A DNA stretch of 64,000 nt from an uncultured delta proteobacterium. GTDB taxonomy: Bacteria; Myxococcota_A; Polyangia; Palsa-1104. The translations under genes and the position numbers were made by a program. The stretch is taken from contig CAWAWS010000020.1 of the NCBI GenBank assembly GCA_963785725.1, forward strand, positions 64,001 through 128,000. The letters are read 5' to 3'. The notes under the pieces were generated by a model. It searched no databases. It was not told where the DNA came from and was given only the letters and a program-made list of their open reading frames with translations. Positions 18,497 through 28,426 of this stretch are shown piece after piece (the first letter of the stretch is position 1; the number at the start of each line of letters is the position of its first letter).

Positions 18497-21373
18497 TTAG
18501 CGGGACTTCAAATACTCGACGATCGCCTGCTGATCGTCGGAGCCGAGGCCGAGCCCGAATCGGCCGTCGAAATAGGCCACCACGTCGGCGAGGTCGGTGA
18601 AGCGCGCGTCGTGGAAGTAAAAGCCGTTCTCCCACACGTCGACGAGCGTGGCCGGCTTCAGGTCGCCGCGCGCGCGCTCGGGACGCGGATCGAACATGAG
18701 CGTCTGCTCGACCGGGTCGTTGGGGCCGAGCTCGCGGTCGCCGCGCAAGAGGTCGAACGTGTCGCGCGCCGCCGGCGGGAAGAGCTTCGTGTAGGCGGCG
18801 CCGAGCGTGACGTGCGCCCAGTCGCTGGCGCTGCCGACGTCGGCGAGCGCCGGTCCGCTCGCCAGACCGCCGCCGTAGGGATCGTTCGGGTCGCGGTTGC
18901 CGCCGCCGCCGTCCTCGCCGCGATGGCAGCTGACGCAGTTGGCCGTGAACAGCGCTTGGCCGCGCGCGACCCGCGTCGCGTCCGTCGCCGGCCGCTGCAG
19001 CGTCGGAATGCCGCGCGCCAGATACTGCGACAGCGCGTCGACGTCGCCGGGATCGAGGCCGCTGCCGCCGAGCCGCTCTTTGACGATCGACGTCGCGAAG
19101 TCGACGGCGCTGCGGTGCGTGGCCGACGCGTGCAGCCAGCCGCGCGTGCCGATGCCGCCCCACAAGCCGATGGTGCGCCGCTCGCCCTCCATCGTCGACC
19201 AGGCGCTGCCGTCGTTGCCGCCGTTCGGATGGCAGGCGGCGCACGCGGCTTCGCGGCTGCCGGTCAACGTCGGATATTTGTCGGGATTCGACGACGTGAA
19301 CAGGATCCGCCCGCGGCGCAGCGTCGGATCCATCGGGTCTTTGTCGACCAGCGCCACCTGCGCCGTCGCGCTCACCGGCGGCAGCTCGGGCACGCCGTCG
19401 ATGCCGCGCACGAGCATCAAGAACGTGATGATGGCCGCGCCTTGACCGGCGGGCGCGCCCGGATCGAGCCGATAGGGCACGATGGCCGGCTCCGGCAGCG
19501 CGCCCGCGGCGTCGGGCGCATACGCCGACAGATCGAGCACGCTCAAGAACGGCGAGTTCTCGTAGCTGACGTAGCCCTTCTTGCCGTCGGGCGTGACGAC
19601 GATGCCGGTCGGATTCGAGCCCGGCAGCATGAAGTGGCGCAGCGTCGTCGGCGAGTGCGAGGCGGCGTCGAGCACGAGCAGCTCGTCGGCGAGGTAGCTC
19701 AAGACGAGCGCGCGCCGGCCGCCGCGCGTCCAGCCGACGAAGCGCGCCGCGCCCGACTCCGACAGCATCGTCGCCTGCGACGGGATGGTCACGCCCGCGT
19801 ACTGCTGCTCGCCGGCGTTCGCGCCCGCTTCGGCGCGCACGGCCTCCACGTCGTCGAGGCCGGGATAGCAGTCGAGAAACGACTCGGCGCGATCGGTGAT
19901 GTCGATGACGCCGGCGCTGCGACGGAAGGCGGCGGCGCGTGGGCTGCGCGTGTCGAGCGGGAACAGCATCATCGGCGAGTTGGCGCCGAGCGTCGCGAAC
20001 TCGAGGCCGAGCGGCGCGACGTTGCCCTCGAGGATGGGAAAGCCGGCGACGCGCAAGGCCGGCACCCACGCCTCGCCGCCGCCGGGCGCGAGGAAAACGC
20101 CGGCCAGCTGCGTCGGGGTCGCCTCGAACGACAGGTCCTCGCCGGTGGCGCCGGCGAAGGCCGCGACCATCGTCAGGCAGGTCGCTTCGGTGACGTCGCC
20201 GTCGTCGCGCAGCTCGGCCGTGGTCACTTCGGCGGCGGCCGCGGGATCGACGACGCTGACCCAGCCGCCGTTGTCTTCGATGGGCCCGTGCGGCAGGAAA
20301 TGCGCGACGTAGACCGTCTGGCCGTCGGGCGGCAGCGACATGCCGAGCGGACGACGACCGAGCGGCACCTGCGCCGTCACGAGGAAGCGATCGCCGCGCC
20401 GCTCGAGGATGGTCACGAGATCGCCGACGTAAGCGCTGACGTAGGCGTGCGTGCCGTCGGGCGAGACGACGACCTGGCGCGGCTCGCGGCCGATGCCCTC
20501 GTCTTCGCCGAAGATCTGCACCGTCTTTCGCGTCGCGCGATCGATGACGACGAGCTGATTGCACGTCGGACAGGCCACCAGCGCCAATTGGCCGTCGGGC
20601 GTCAACGCCACCGATGACGGCCGGCCGGCGACGGCGATGCTTCCGACGCGCAGGTCGCCGGCGCTGGCGACGACCGAGACGCGGTCGGCGTCGGGCACCG
20701 CGGCCCACACTTCGGCGCCGTCGGGCGTGATGGCCAACGGCGCGCTCGTCGTGGCCACGCGCGTCGTCGTGGTCGCGGCCAGCGTCAGCGTGAGCGTGAT
20801 GGGCGCGCCCGAGCCGTCGGCGTCGACGGCCAGGCGCAGGCGCGCCGACACGCCTTCGGGCCCGATGCCGCCGACGGTCAGCGCCGGCAACGCGCCGCCC
20901 GCTGCCACCGTGACCGGCGCGCTCAGCGGGTCGACGGTCAAGTCGTAAAACGCCGTCGCCGTCGCCGGCAGCGCGCCCGGCTGCAGCGTGACGTCGGCGA
21001 GGCCGCGCGGCGCGTCGTTGACGAGGTACAGCTCGAGATAGAGCCGGCTTGCGTGCGTCGCGAACGTCTTGACGCCGCCGACGAGCCGCAAGCGCGCGTC
21101 GCTGCCGCCCGTCATCGTCAGGGGCGCCGCTTGCGGCTGCCGCCACGTCGAAGCCAGCGCCGGGTTTTGCGGGTCGATCGTCAGCGTAAACGTCGCGGCG
21201 ATCGCGGTCGCGTCGTCGGCGACGGCGGTCCAAGCCGCGCCCGTCGGATGCGCCGCCAGCGCCGCCGGGCAAGCGAGGCCGTCGCCCGACGACGACGCCG
21301 CGCCCGCGGACGAGCAGCCACCGGTGATTAAGAAAATACTTAACCCAAGAGCCGAAGCGGTCGTTGACGTCAT
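18497..21373 (-). CDS. Lipoprotein with YncE/YVTN-like beta-propeller and C-terminal di-heme c domain
   Basis: Lipobox ITGGC; repeats such as PSSVALTPDG and PTGIVVTPDG; CAACH (19229-19243) and CVSCH (18923-18937); PATLVDVW..YFHD. Confidence 0.88.
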   Translation of the reverse strand: MTSTTASALGLSIFLITGGCSSAGAASSSGDGLACPAALAAHPTGAAWTAVADDATAIAATFTLTIDPQNPALASTWRQPQAAPLTMTGGSDARLRLVGGVKTFATHASRLYLELYLVNDAPRGLADVTLQPGALPATATAFYDLTVDPLSAPVTVAAGGALPALTVGGIGPEGVSARLRLAVDADGSGAPITLTLTLAATTTTRVATTSAPLAITPDGAEVWAAVPDADRVSVVASAGDLRVGSIAVAGRPSSVALTPDGQLALVACPTCNQLVVIDRATRKTVQIFGEDEGIGREPRQVVVSPDGTHAYVSAYVGDLVTILERRGDRFLVTAQVPLGRRPLGMSLPPDGQTVYVAHFLPHGPIEDNGGWVSVVDPAAAAEVTTAELRDDGDVTEATCLTMVAAFAGATGEDLSFEATPTQLAGVFLAPGGGEAWVPALRVAGFPILEGNVAPLGLEFATLGANSPMMLFPLDTRSPRAAAFRRSAGVIDITDRAESFLDCYPGLDDVEAVRAEAGANAGEQQYAGVTIPSQATMLSESGAARFVGWTRGGRRALVLSYLADELLVLDAASHSPTTLRHFMLPGSNPTGIVVTPDGKKGYVSYENSPFLSVLDLSAYAPDAAGALPEPAIVPYRLDPGAPAGQGAAIITFLMLVRGIDGVPELPPVSATAQVALVDKDPMDPTLRRGRILFTSSNPDKYPTLTGSREAACAACHPNGGNDGSAWSTMEGERRTIGLWGGIGTRGWLHASATHRSAVDFATSIVKERLGGSGLDPGDVDALSQYLARGIPTLQRPATDATRVARGQALFTANCVSCHRGEDGGGGNRDPNDPYGGGLASGPALADVGSASDWAHVTLGAAYTKLFPPAARDTFDLLRGDRELGPNDPVEQTLMFDPRPERARGDLKPATLVDVWENGFYFHDARFTDLADVVAYFDGRFGLGLGSDDQQAIVEYLKSR

Positions 21374-21710
21374 GTTGACCTCATGGGCGTTCGCTCCTTC
21401 AGCGGTCCGTTGGAAACGTCGAGCGGCGCGCGCGGAACGGCGCGCAAGGCGAGACAGGTCTAGTTAAGTATTTTTTTAATGTCAACGATCATGCGGCAAC
21501 TGGCTGATCTGGAGCGTGAAGATCGCCTTCAGGCCAACGAGCGAGAAACCGGCCGGCAACACGAGAAATCGCGGGCGCGACTAGGTGAACCTAGGTTTCC
21601 GAGCGCCGTTTGCGACGCGCGATCAACAGCTGCGCGAAAACTGGTATGACTGGCGAAATTCTCGCGCCGGTACCTCGCGAACGGCCGACGCGAGCCACGC
21701 TATAGAGGTC

Positions 21711-22193
21711 ATGACCTTGAGAACAGCTCGTCTTCGAATTGGGAGCGCCCTGGCCGGCGCCGTGCTCGCGTGCCTGCCCGGCGCCGCGCACGCGACGTTG
21801 GGCGGCACCGTCGCCACCATCACCACCAACCAGCAGCACTTGAGCGCCAAGCGCACGGTGCAGCCGCTGATCAACGGCCAGCGGCATGATCTGACGCTGG
21901 CGTCGGGCACGATCGTGCACGAGTACCTGTCGGCCAAGGGCGACGTCTACGCCGTCACCTGGCGCGGACCGCGCAAGCCCGATCTGACGGAGCTGCTCGG
22001 CAGCTACTTCGCGCAGCTCAGCGCGCCGGCGCAGGGTCGTCGTCGCGGCGGCCACCATCACGTGCAGCTCAACGGCCAAGACCTCGTCGTGCAGTCGAGC
22101 GGCCACAACAACTTCTTCAGCGGCCGCGCCTGGGTTCCGTCGCTGGTGCCGGCGGGCGTCGATCCGACCCTCGCCGTGCAGGTGGGACAGTAA
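21711..22193 (+). CDS. DUF2844 family secreted protein
   Basis: Signal AHA-TLGG; SGTIVHEY..VYAVTWRGP..PDL..LLGSYF..SSGH..FSGRAWVP. Confidence 0.85.
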   Translation: MTLRTARLRIGSALAGAVLACLPGAAHATLGGTVATITTNQQHLSAKRTVQPLINGQRHDLTLASGTIVHEYLSAKGDVYAVTWRGPRKPDLTELLGSYFAQLSAPAQGRRRGGHHHVQLNGQDLVVQSSGHNNFFSGRAWVPSLVPAGVDPTLAVQVGQ

Positions 22194-22194
22194 A

Positions 22195-23538
22195 ATGACG
22201 CGCATCCACTTCCATTTCATGGTCCTTCCGCTCGTCGCCGCCATCGGCTGCGGCGGCAGCCACAAGAATCCCCCGACGACGGCGGACGACATGAGCGTCG
22301 CCGCGCCCGCGCCCGACTTGAGCGCCCCGGCGCCGTCGCCCGACTTGAGCCCGCCGCCCGGCAACGCCACGCTCGGCACCGACGGCGGCTACGAAGGTGA
22401 CGGCGGCCTCGGCATCACCGGCAGCAACGTCGCGCCCGTCATCGTCGACGACGGTCCCAGCACCCTCTCCTCCGGCTCGGCCAACGTGCCCTTCATCAGC
22501 GTCACCGTCTGCGTCCCGGGCACGTCGACGTGCGCGACCGTCGACCACATCTCCGTCGACACCGGCTCGACCGGCCTGCGCATCATCGCCTCGGCGCTGC
22601 CGGCCGACTTCACGCTGCCGCAAGCGACCGGCAGCGACACCAAGCCGCTCACCGAGTGCTTCTCGTTCGAGGACGGCTTCGTCTTCGGCTCGGTGCGCAA
22701 CGCCGACGTCAAGATCGGCGGCGAGTCGGCGGCCAACATCCCGCTGGAGCTCATCGGCGATCCGGCCTATCCGAAGTCGAGCATCCCGTCTAACTGCACC
22801 GGTACGAACGAAGGCACCGTCGACACCTTCGGCGGCAACGGCATCATCGGCATCAACCAATGGCTCGCCGATTGCGGCAGCGACTGCGCGTCGGCGACGG
22901 CGGTGGCCAATAGCTACACCTTCTATTACTCGTGCACGGGCACGACCTGCGCGTATATCCCCGTGCCGATCGCCAACCAGGTGCCCAACCCGGTGAGCAA
23001 GTTCGCCGTCGACAACAACGGCGCCATCCTGCAGTTCCCCGACGTGTCGGAAGCGGGCGGCGCGAACCTGCCGGGCGTGCTCATCTTCGGCATCGGCACG
23101 CAGACCAACAACGCGCTCGGCAACGCCAACGTCATCCCCGTCGACCAAGACACCTACTTCACGACCACCTATAAAGGCACCACGGCCCAGTACAGCTACA
23201 TCGACTCGGGGACGAGCCTCATGTACTTCAGCGACGCGTCGATTACGGCGTGCGACCCGAACGGCAATGACGCCGGCCTCTTCTGCCCGGCGACGGTGTT
23301 GAACCTCTCGGGTCAGATGGCCGGCGTCGGCGGCGCGCTGCCGACGAGCAACTTCACCGTCGCCAACGCCGATACGGTGTTCCAGAACGACACGTTCACC
23401 GCGTTCAACGACGTCGCCGGCGACAGCGGCGACCCGACGACGTTCGCCTGGGGCTTCGACTTCTTCCTCGGTCGCAAGGTCTTCACGGCCTTCGCATTGC
23501 CCGCCAACAACAACGGCAACGGCTACTTCGCCTACTAA
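22195..23538 (+). CDS. DUF3443 family lipoprotein, probable pepsin-like aspartic protease
   Basis: Lipobox AIGC; NPV and DNNG motifs; VDTGS and IDSGT. Confidence 0.85.
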   Translation: MTRIHFHFMVLPLVAAIGCGGSHKNPPTTADDMSVAAPAPDLSAPAPSPDLSPPPGNATLGTDGGYEGDGGLGITGSNVAPVIVDDGPSTLSSGSANVPFISVTVCVPGTSTCATVDHISVDTGSTGLRIIASALPADFTLPQATGSDTKPLTECFSFEDGFVFGSVRNADVKIGGESAANIPLELIGDPAYPKSSIPSNCTGTNEGTVDTFGGNGIIGINQWLADCGSDCASATAVANSYTFYYSCTGTTCAYIPVPIANQVPNPVSKFAVDNNGAILQFPDVSEAGGANLPGVLIFGIGTQTNNALGNANVIPVDQDTYFTTTYKGTTAQYSYIDSGTSLMYFSDASITACDPNGNDAGLFCPATVLNLSGQMAGVGGALPTSNFTVANADTVFQNDTFTAFNDVAGDSGDPTTFAWGFDFFLGRKVFTAFALPANNNGNGYFAY

Positions 23539-23642
23539 GCGGTTCGCCTTCCCGCACTAAGCCTGTCGTAATCCTCGCAGCGCCTCGCAATCCTCTGGCA
23601 TAGCCGTTTGCGGCGAATTCTGGCGGCGCTACAGTCGCCGCC

Positions 23643-25532
23643 ATGCATTCGCGCCTCGCGTTCCCCTTATGCCTCATGACACTCGCGGGCTGCGCGAACG
23701 TCGCCCAAAAGCCGCTCCTCCATTCCGGCGCGCTGCCCGCCGCCGATGGCGCGACCGAACGGAAGAGCCCGCATGTCGCCCACATCGAAGGCCGCCTGTT
23801 GCCGGCCGTGCTCGTCGCCGGCGAGCCGCGCGGCACCGCGCTTACGACCCGCATGCGACAAGAGCGCATTCCCGCGCTCAGCATCGCCGTCTTCAATGAC
23901 TATCGACTCGATTGGGCCGAGGCGTATGGCATAGCCGACGCGCAAACCGGCGCGCCCGCGACTGTCGACACCCTCTTTCAAGCGGGATCGATCAGTAAGC
24001 CGGTGGCGGCGCTGGCGGCGTTGCTGGCAGTCGCCCGCGGCAATTTGTCGCTCGACGCGCCCATCAACGATTACTTGATCAGCTGGAAGCTGCCCGACAA
24101 CGCGCTGACGCGCAAGACGCCGGTGACCTTGGGCCAGCTGCTCAGCCATAGCGCCGGGACGACCGTGCACGGCTTCGGCGGCTATCCGGCGGGCGCGGCG
24201 CTGCCGACCGTGCCGCAGATCCTCGACGGCGCGCCGCCCGCGAACAGCCCGGCCGTGCGCGTCGACCTCGCGCCGGGCACGAAGTTTCGCTACTCGGGCG
24301 GCGGCTTCACCATCATGCAGCAGGCGCTCATCGATCGTTTGCAGCGGCCGTTTCCAGCGATCTTGCGCGCCGACGTGCTGGCGCCGCTCGGCATGGATGC
24401 GTCGAGCTACGATCAGCCGCTGCCACCGGCGCGCGCCGCCATCGCCGCCGCCGGCCACGACCCCGAGGGCCACGTCATCGACGGCAAGCGCAACGTCTAC
24501 CCGGAGATGGCCGCCGCCGGCTTGTGGACGACGCCGCGCGACTTGGCGCGCTTCTTCCTCGCGCTGCAGCTGGCGCGCGCCGGCCGTCCGTCGCCGATTT
24601 CGGCGGCGATCGCCGCGCAGATGACCACGCCGCGCGTCGCCATCGCGCCCGGCGCCGACATCGGGCTCGGCCTCTTTCTCAACCAGGCGTGGCACATGTT
24701 CGGCCACAACGGCGCCGACGCCGGCTTTCAGTCGTTCGCCTCCGCCAGCTTCGATCACGGCTACGGCGTCGTCATCATGGCCAACAGCGACAACGGCCAC
24801 GTCCTGTTCCCGGAGATCGCGCGCACCATCGCCGCCGAATACGGCTGGGAAGAGCAGCCGAAAACGATCGTGCGCCAGGCGCTGCCGCCGGCGCGTCTGG
24901 CGCAGCTCGCGGGCCGCTTCGCCAACGGCATTCTGCGGCCGTTCACGATCGTCGTGCGCGACGGGCGCCTTTCCCTGCAGCGCCCGTTCACCGCCGCGTC
25001 CGAGCTCGTGCCCATCGACGATCATGTCCTCGTCGACGTCGACGACGGCACGCGCTTGACCGTCGACGACGCCGCGCAGACGATCGCGGTCAGCCATCCC
25101 GAAGGCGCCCACGCGAAGGTCAGCCGGCTCGCCGACGACGTGCAGATTCCCATTCTCGAGCTCGACGCCGGCCACTACGACCGCGCGCTGCAGGCGTATC
25201 TGGCGCTGCAGCGCACGACGCCCAAGAGCCCGGCGCTCGACGAAAACTTCCTCAACGGGCTGGGCCTCGAGCGCATGTACGCGCAGGCGTACGATCAGGC
25301 GATCGCGCTCTTGCGCATCAACGTCGCGCTCTATCCCGACTCGACGAACACCTACGACAGCTTGGCCGAGGCCTACCAGCATGCGGGCGATCGCGTGCAG
25401 GCGATCGCGACGTTCGAGGCCGGCCTACAGTGCCTGACGCGCGACCAGAAGACGCCCGCCGCCGTCAAGACGGCGCTGCAGAAGAACGCCGACAAGCAGC
25501 TGGCCGAGCTGCGTAATTCCGCGCCTCACTGA
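23643..25532 (+). CDS. Serine hydrolase (AmpC/beta-lactamase-like) lipoprotein with C-terminal TPR
   Basis: LAGC; GSISK, LLSHSAG, YSG, HNG; C-terminal NVALYPDSTNTYDSLAEAY. Confidence 0.9.
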   Translation: MHSRLAFPLCLMTLAGCANVAQKPLLHSGALPAADGATERKSPHVAHIEGRLLPAVLVAGEPRGTALTTRMRQERIPALSIAVFNDYRLDWAEAYGIADAQTGAPATVDTLFQAGSISKPVAALAALLAVARGNLSLDAPINDYLISWKLPDNALTRKTPVTLGQLLSHSAGTTVHGFGGYPAGAALPTVPQILDGAPPANSPAVRVDLAPGTKFRYSGGGFTIMQQALIDRLQRPFPAILRADVLAPLGMDASSYDQPLPPARAAIAAAGHDPEGHVIDGKRNVYPEMAAAGLWTTPRDLARFFLALQLARAGRPSPISAAIAAQMTTPRVAIAPGADIGLGLFLNQAWHMFGHNGADAGFQSFASASFDHGYGVVIMANSDNGHVLFPEIARTIAAEYGWEEQPKTIVRQALPPARLAQLAGRFANGILRPFTIVVRDGRLSLQRPFTAASELVPIDDHVLVDVDDGTRLTVDDAAQTIAVSHPEGAHAKVSRLADDVQIPILELDAGHYDRALQAYLALQRTTPKSPALDENFLNGLGLERMYAQAYDQAIALLRINVALYPDSTNTYDSLAEAYQHAGDRVQAIATFEAGLQCLTRDQKTPAAVKTALQKNADKQLAELRNSAPH

Positions 25533-25556
25533 GCGTTCACGCGGGCGATAGCGGCG

Positions 25557-25586
25557 TTGACGCGGATTCGACGGCGCTGTTATGCT
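25557..25586 (+). promoter_or_regulatory. Sigma70-type promoter of the TPR gene
   Basis: TTGACG-N18-TATGCT with TG extension, 20 bp upstream of ATG 25607. Confidence 0.6.
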
Positions 25587-25606
25587 GTGGCGAGCGAATT
25601 CTTTAT

Positions 25607-26434
25607 ATGATCAAATATTCGTCACTCGTAAGCATCGCATCGCTCGTGCTGGCGCTGGCCGGCGCGCCGACGACGGCCGCGGCCGCACCGACGCAAGCGG
25701 CGCAAGACAAGCTGGCGCGCCTGCACTTCGAGGCCGGCAAGCAGGCCTACGAGCTCGGCCGCTTCGCCGACGCCGCCATCGAGTTCCAGCGCGGCTACGA
25801 TCTGTCGAAGCTGCCGCTGTTCCTGCTCAACCTGGGCCATTCCTACTTCGCGCTCGATCGCTTCGAAGACGCCATCAAAGCCTGCGAGCAGTATCTGGCG
25901 CTCAATCCGAACGATCCGGTGCACGTCCGCGAAGCCGAGGATCTGCTGACGAGCGCGCAGCGGCACAAGCAGCTGCAAGCGCCGACCACGCCGCCGCCGG
26001 AAACGACCACGGCGCCGGCGCCGCCGGTCACGCCCGAGGCGCCGCCGCCGCCGCCGCCGGTGAATGACACCGCGCCGCGGCGCGGGCCGGCGCATCCCGC
26101 GCTCGGCTGGACCGGCGTCGTCGGCATGGTCGTCGGCGCCGGGTTGATCGCCGGCGGCGCCGTGCTGCTCGTCGACGCCGGCAATCTCAACGACACGTTC
26201 AACCACCCCGCGCCCGGCACCGTCTACAACCACAGCATGGTCTCACGCTTTCAGACCGATCAGGCCGCGGGCATCGGGCTCGTCGCCGTCGGCGGCGCGA
26301 TCGTGGTCGCCGGCGCCGTCGCGACGATCGTCGGCTTTCGCCACGCGCCGGAAGCGCCGAGCGGCAGCGCCTGGTGGATCGCGCCGTCACTCGCGCCGAC
26401 CGCCGTCGGCGCCGTCTCCGGCTTCCGCTTCTAA
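25607..26434 (+). CDS. Secreted TPR protein with C-terminal hydrophobic hairpin
   Basis: Signal; ARLHFEAGKQAY..PLFLLNLGHSY; Pro/Thr linker; two Gly-rich helices; ends GAVSGFRF; paralogue of 2190-3036. Confidence 0.88.
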   Translation: MIKYSSLVSIASLVLALAGAPTTAAAAPTQAAQDKLARLHFEAGKQAYELGRFADAAIEFQRGYDLSKLPLFLLNLGHSYFALDRFEDAIKACEQYLALNPNDPVHVREAEDLLTSAQRHKQLQAPTTPPPETTTAPAPPVTPEAPPPPPPVNDTAPRRGPAHPALGWTGVVGMVVGAGLIAGGAVLLVDAGNLNDTFNHPAPGTVYNHSMVSRFQTDQAAGIGLVAVGGAIVVAGAVATIVGFRHAPEAPSGSAWWIAPSLAPTAVGAVSGFRF

Positions 26435-26440
26435 CGCAGC

Positions 26441-26467
26441 CGTTCGTGAGCGTTCGTGAGCGTTCGT
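26441..26467. repeat. 10-bp tandem repeat CGTTCGTGAG, about 2.7 copies
   Basis: Read directly between convergent genes. Confidence 0.8.
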
Positions 26468-26550
26468 CGCGCGGGTCGTAAGCGTTGTCGCGCGCGTCGT
26501 AGGCGGCACCGTTTGCCGCGGATTGTCGGTCAGCGCGGTGCGGCTGGCGG

Positions 26551-28168
26551 TTACGGCGTGGCGAACGGGTCGGCGATGACCGACTTCGGCTTCTTCGCGA
26601 CCGGTCGCGCGGCAGCGACGCGCGGCAACGTCGCCGACAACACCGCCTCGGTATCGCCGTCGACTTCGCGCTTATAGCGACCGAAGCCGGCCTTGCGCAC
26701 CAAGATCGAGCGCACGCCCGGCTTACGCGGCAGCTCGGTGTCGAGCGGAATCTGCCCCAACACCGCGCCGTCGACGAGCACGTCGGCGCCGTCGGTGCCG
26801 GTGACGCGCAGCCGCACCGTCGCCGGCGCCGCCAGCCGACCGGACGCCGCCGCGCCCGCCGCCGCTTCCGACGACGGCAGCGCCGGCGGATTCGAGCGAC
26901 GCCGTCGACGCCACCGAATGCGCCGGCGCGCCGGCGGCAGCGACGTTGATGACGACCGGATCCGGCGTCGAATGCAGCGCGCCGCGTCCGAGCAGGATGG
27001 CCATGGCCGCGATGGCGCCCACGACCGCGCCGCCGATGACCGGCAGCCGCTTGCGCCAGCCCGACGGCGGCAACACGATCGCCGCGCTCTCGACGAGCTC
27101 GCCCTTCATGTACGCGCGCGAGCCTTGCGAGCCGTCCGGCTCCAGCTCGAGCTCGGGGATCGACTTCAGGAACGCGTCCGACGCCGACAGCGGCTTGGCC
27201 GTCGAGCGCACCGGCAGCTGCAGCCCTTCCATGAACTGCCGCAAGCCGGCCGCGTCGCCGCCGCCGAGCCGACGCGCGATCGGCGCCAGCGCGGCCACGA
27301 TCTCGTCGGCGTGCTGATAGCGAACCGCCGTGTCACGCGCCAGCATGCGCATGACCACCATCTCCAGCTCGGCGTCGATGCCCGGCGTCAAGATCGACGG
27401 CCGCAAGATATCGACGTCGCACACGTTGCGGATGGTCTGCGCGTCGGTGTCGGCCTTGAACAGGCGACGCAGCGTCAGGCACTCGTAAAAGACGACCCCG
27501 AGCGCGAAGATATCGGTGCGCCCGTCGACGGGAAGGCCCTGAATCTGCTCCGGCGACATGTAGCTGAGCTTGCCCTTGAGCGTGCCGGTGCGCGTGCGCT
27601 CTTCGCGGGCGTGCGTCGACGCTTTGGCGATGCCGAAGTCGACGAGCTTCATGTTGCCGTGGCGCGTGACCATGACGTTCGAGGGCGTCACGTCGCGATG
27701 CACGATCTCGAGCGGCTGATTCTCTTCGTCGACGAGCGCGTGCGCATAGGCCAGCGCGCCCGCCAGCTCGCTCATCATGTAGCAGAGCAGGCCTTGCGGC
27801 GGCGCGTGGTTCAGCTGCCGCGCTTGGCGCAAGATGGTGTTCAGATCGAAGCCGTCGACCAGCTCCATCGCCAGGTAATATTCGCCGTCGACGTCGCCGA
27901 ACTCGTGCACCTGCACGATGTTCGGATGGAGCAGGAGGCCGGCCAGCCGCGCTTCGGCGGCCAGCATCGTGACGAAGCTGGGATCGTGCGCCAGATGCGG
28001 AATGACGCGCTTGATGACGAGCGTGCGCGAGAAGTTCTTGGGGCCGTTGACGACGGCGCGATAGACGATCGCCATACCGCCGACGCCCAGCCGCTCGAGC
28101 AGCCGGTAGCGCCCGAACGGAACGCCCTTGACTGTCAGTTCGCCTGCCACTCGCGCAGACTGTCTCAT
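26551..28168 (-). CDS. Ser/Thr protein kinase with TM and PEGA domain; frameshifted near 26890
   Basis: GVGGMA, LVIK, HRDVTPSN, DFG, YMSPE; PEGA unit and VIADPFATP* lie in a second frame (26551-26890). Confidence 0.88.
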
Positions 28169-28426
28169 TCGCGAACCACTGCCGTCAATTGATGTTTATT
28201 AAACGTAATTGAAAACGCATTTATTCGTAAGCCAATAAACTCGGGCGAATCGCGCTAAAGAGCGGATTTGCCGTCAGTGTCAACGACACTTCCAGCGACA
28301 TATCCCACACCGATATCCTGCTGCCGACATATGGAAACGTAATCGCAGAAACTAATTATACGGATCTGATTCCAACAGCACGATTCCCGCGCGCTGATAT
28401 ATTTACAAGGTGGTCCAGCGAGAGGA

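Noticed and set aside
16974..21272. 1432-aa ORF ending in a LysR domain
   Set aside because: Only 16974-17873 is real; the rest is an Arg-rich off-frame shadow of the cytochrome and lipoprotein genes
17969..21373. MbnH/MbnP pair
   Set aside because: Partner has no Trp or WxW motif, and the large protein has an extra propeller
23596..23611. Sigma54-like TGGCA..TTGC
   Set aside because: GG-GC spacing is 11 nt rather than the required 10; a -10 element at 23630 explains the promoter
23643..25532. Beta-lactam resistance gene
   Set aside because: YSG and HNG rather than YxN and KTG; generic serine hydrolase, resistance not supportable
26441..26467. Short repeats here and at 34437 as CRISPR arrays
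   Set aside because: Contiguous units with no spacers, and no cas genes
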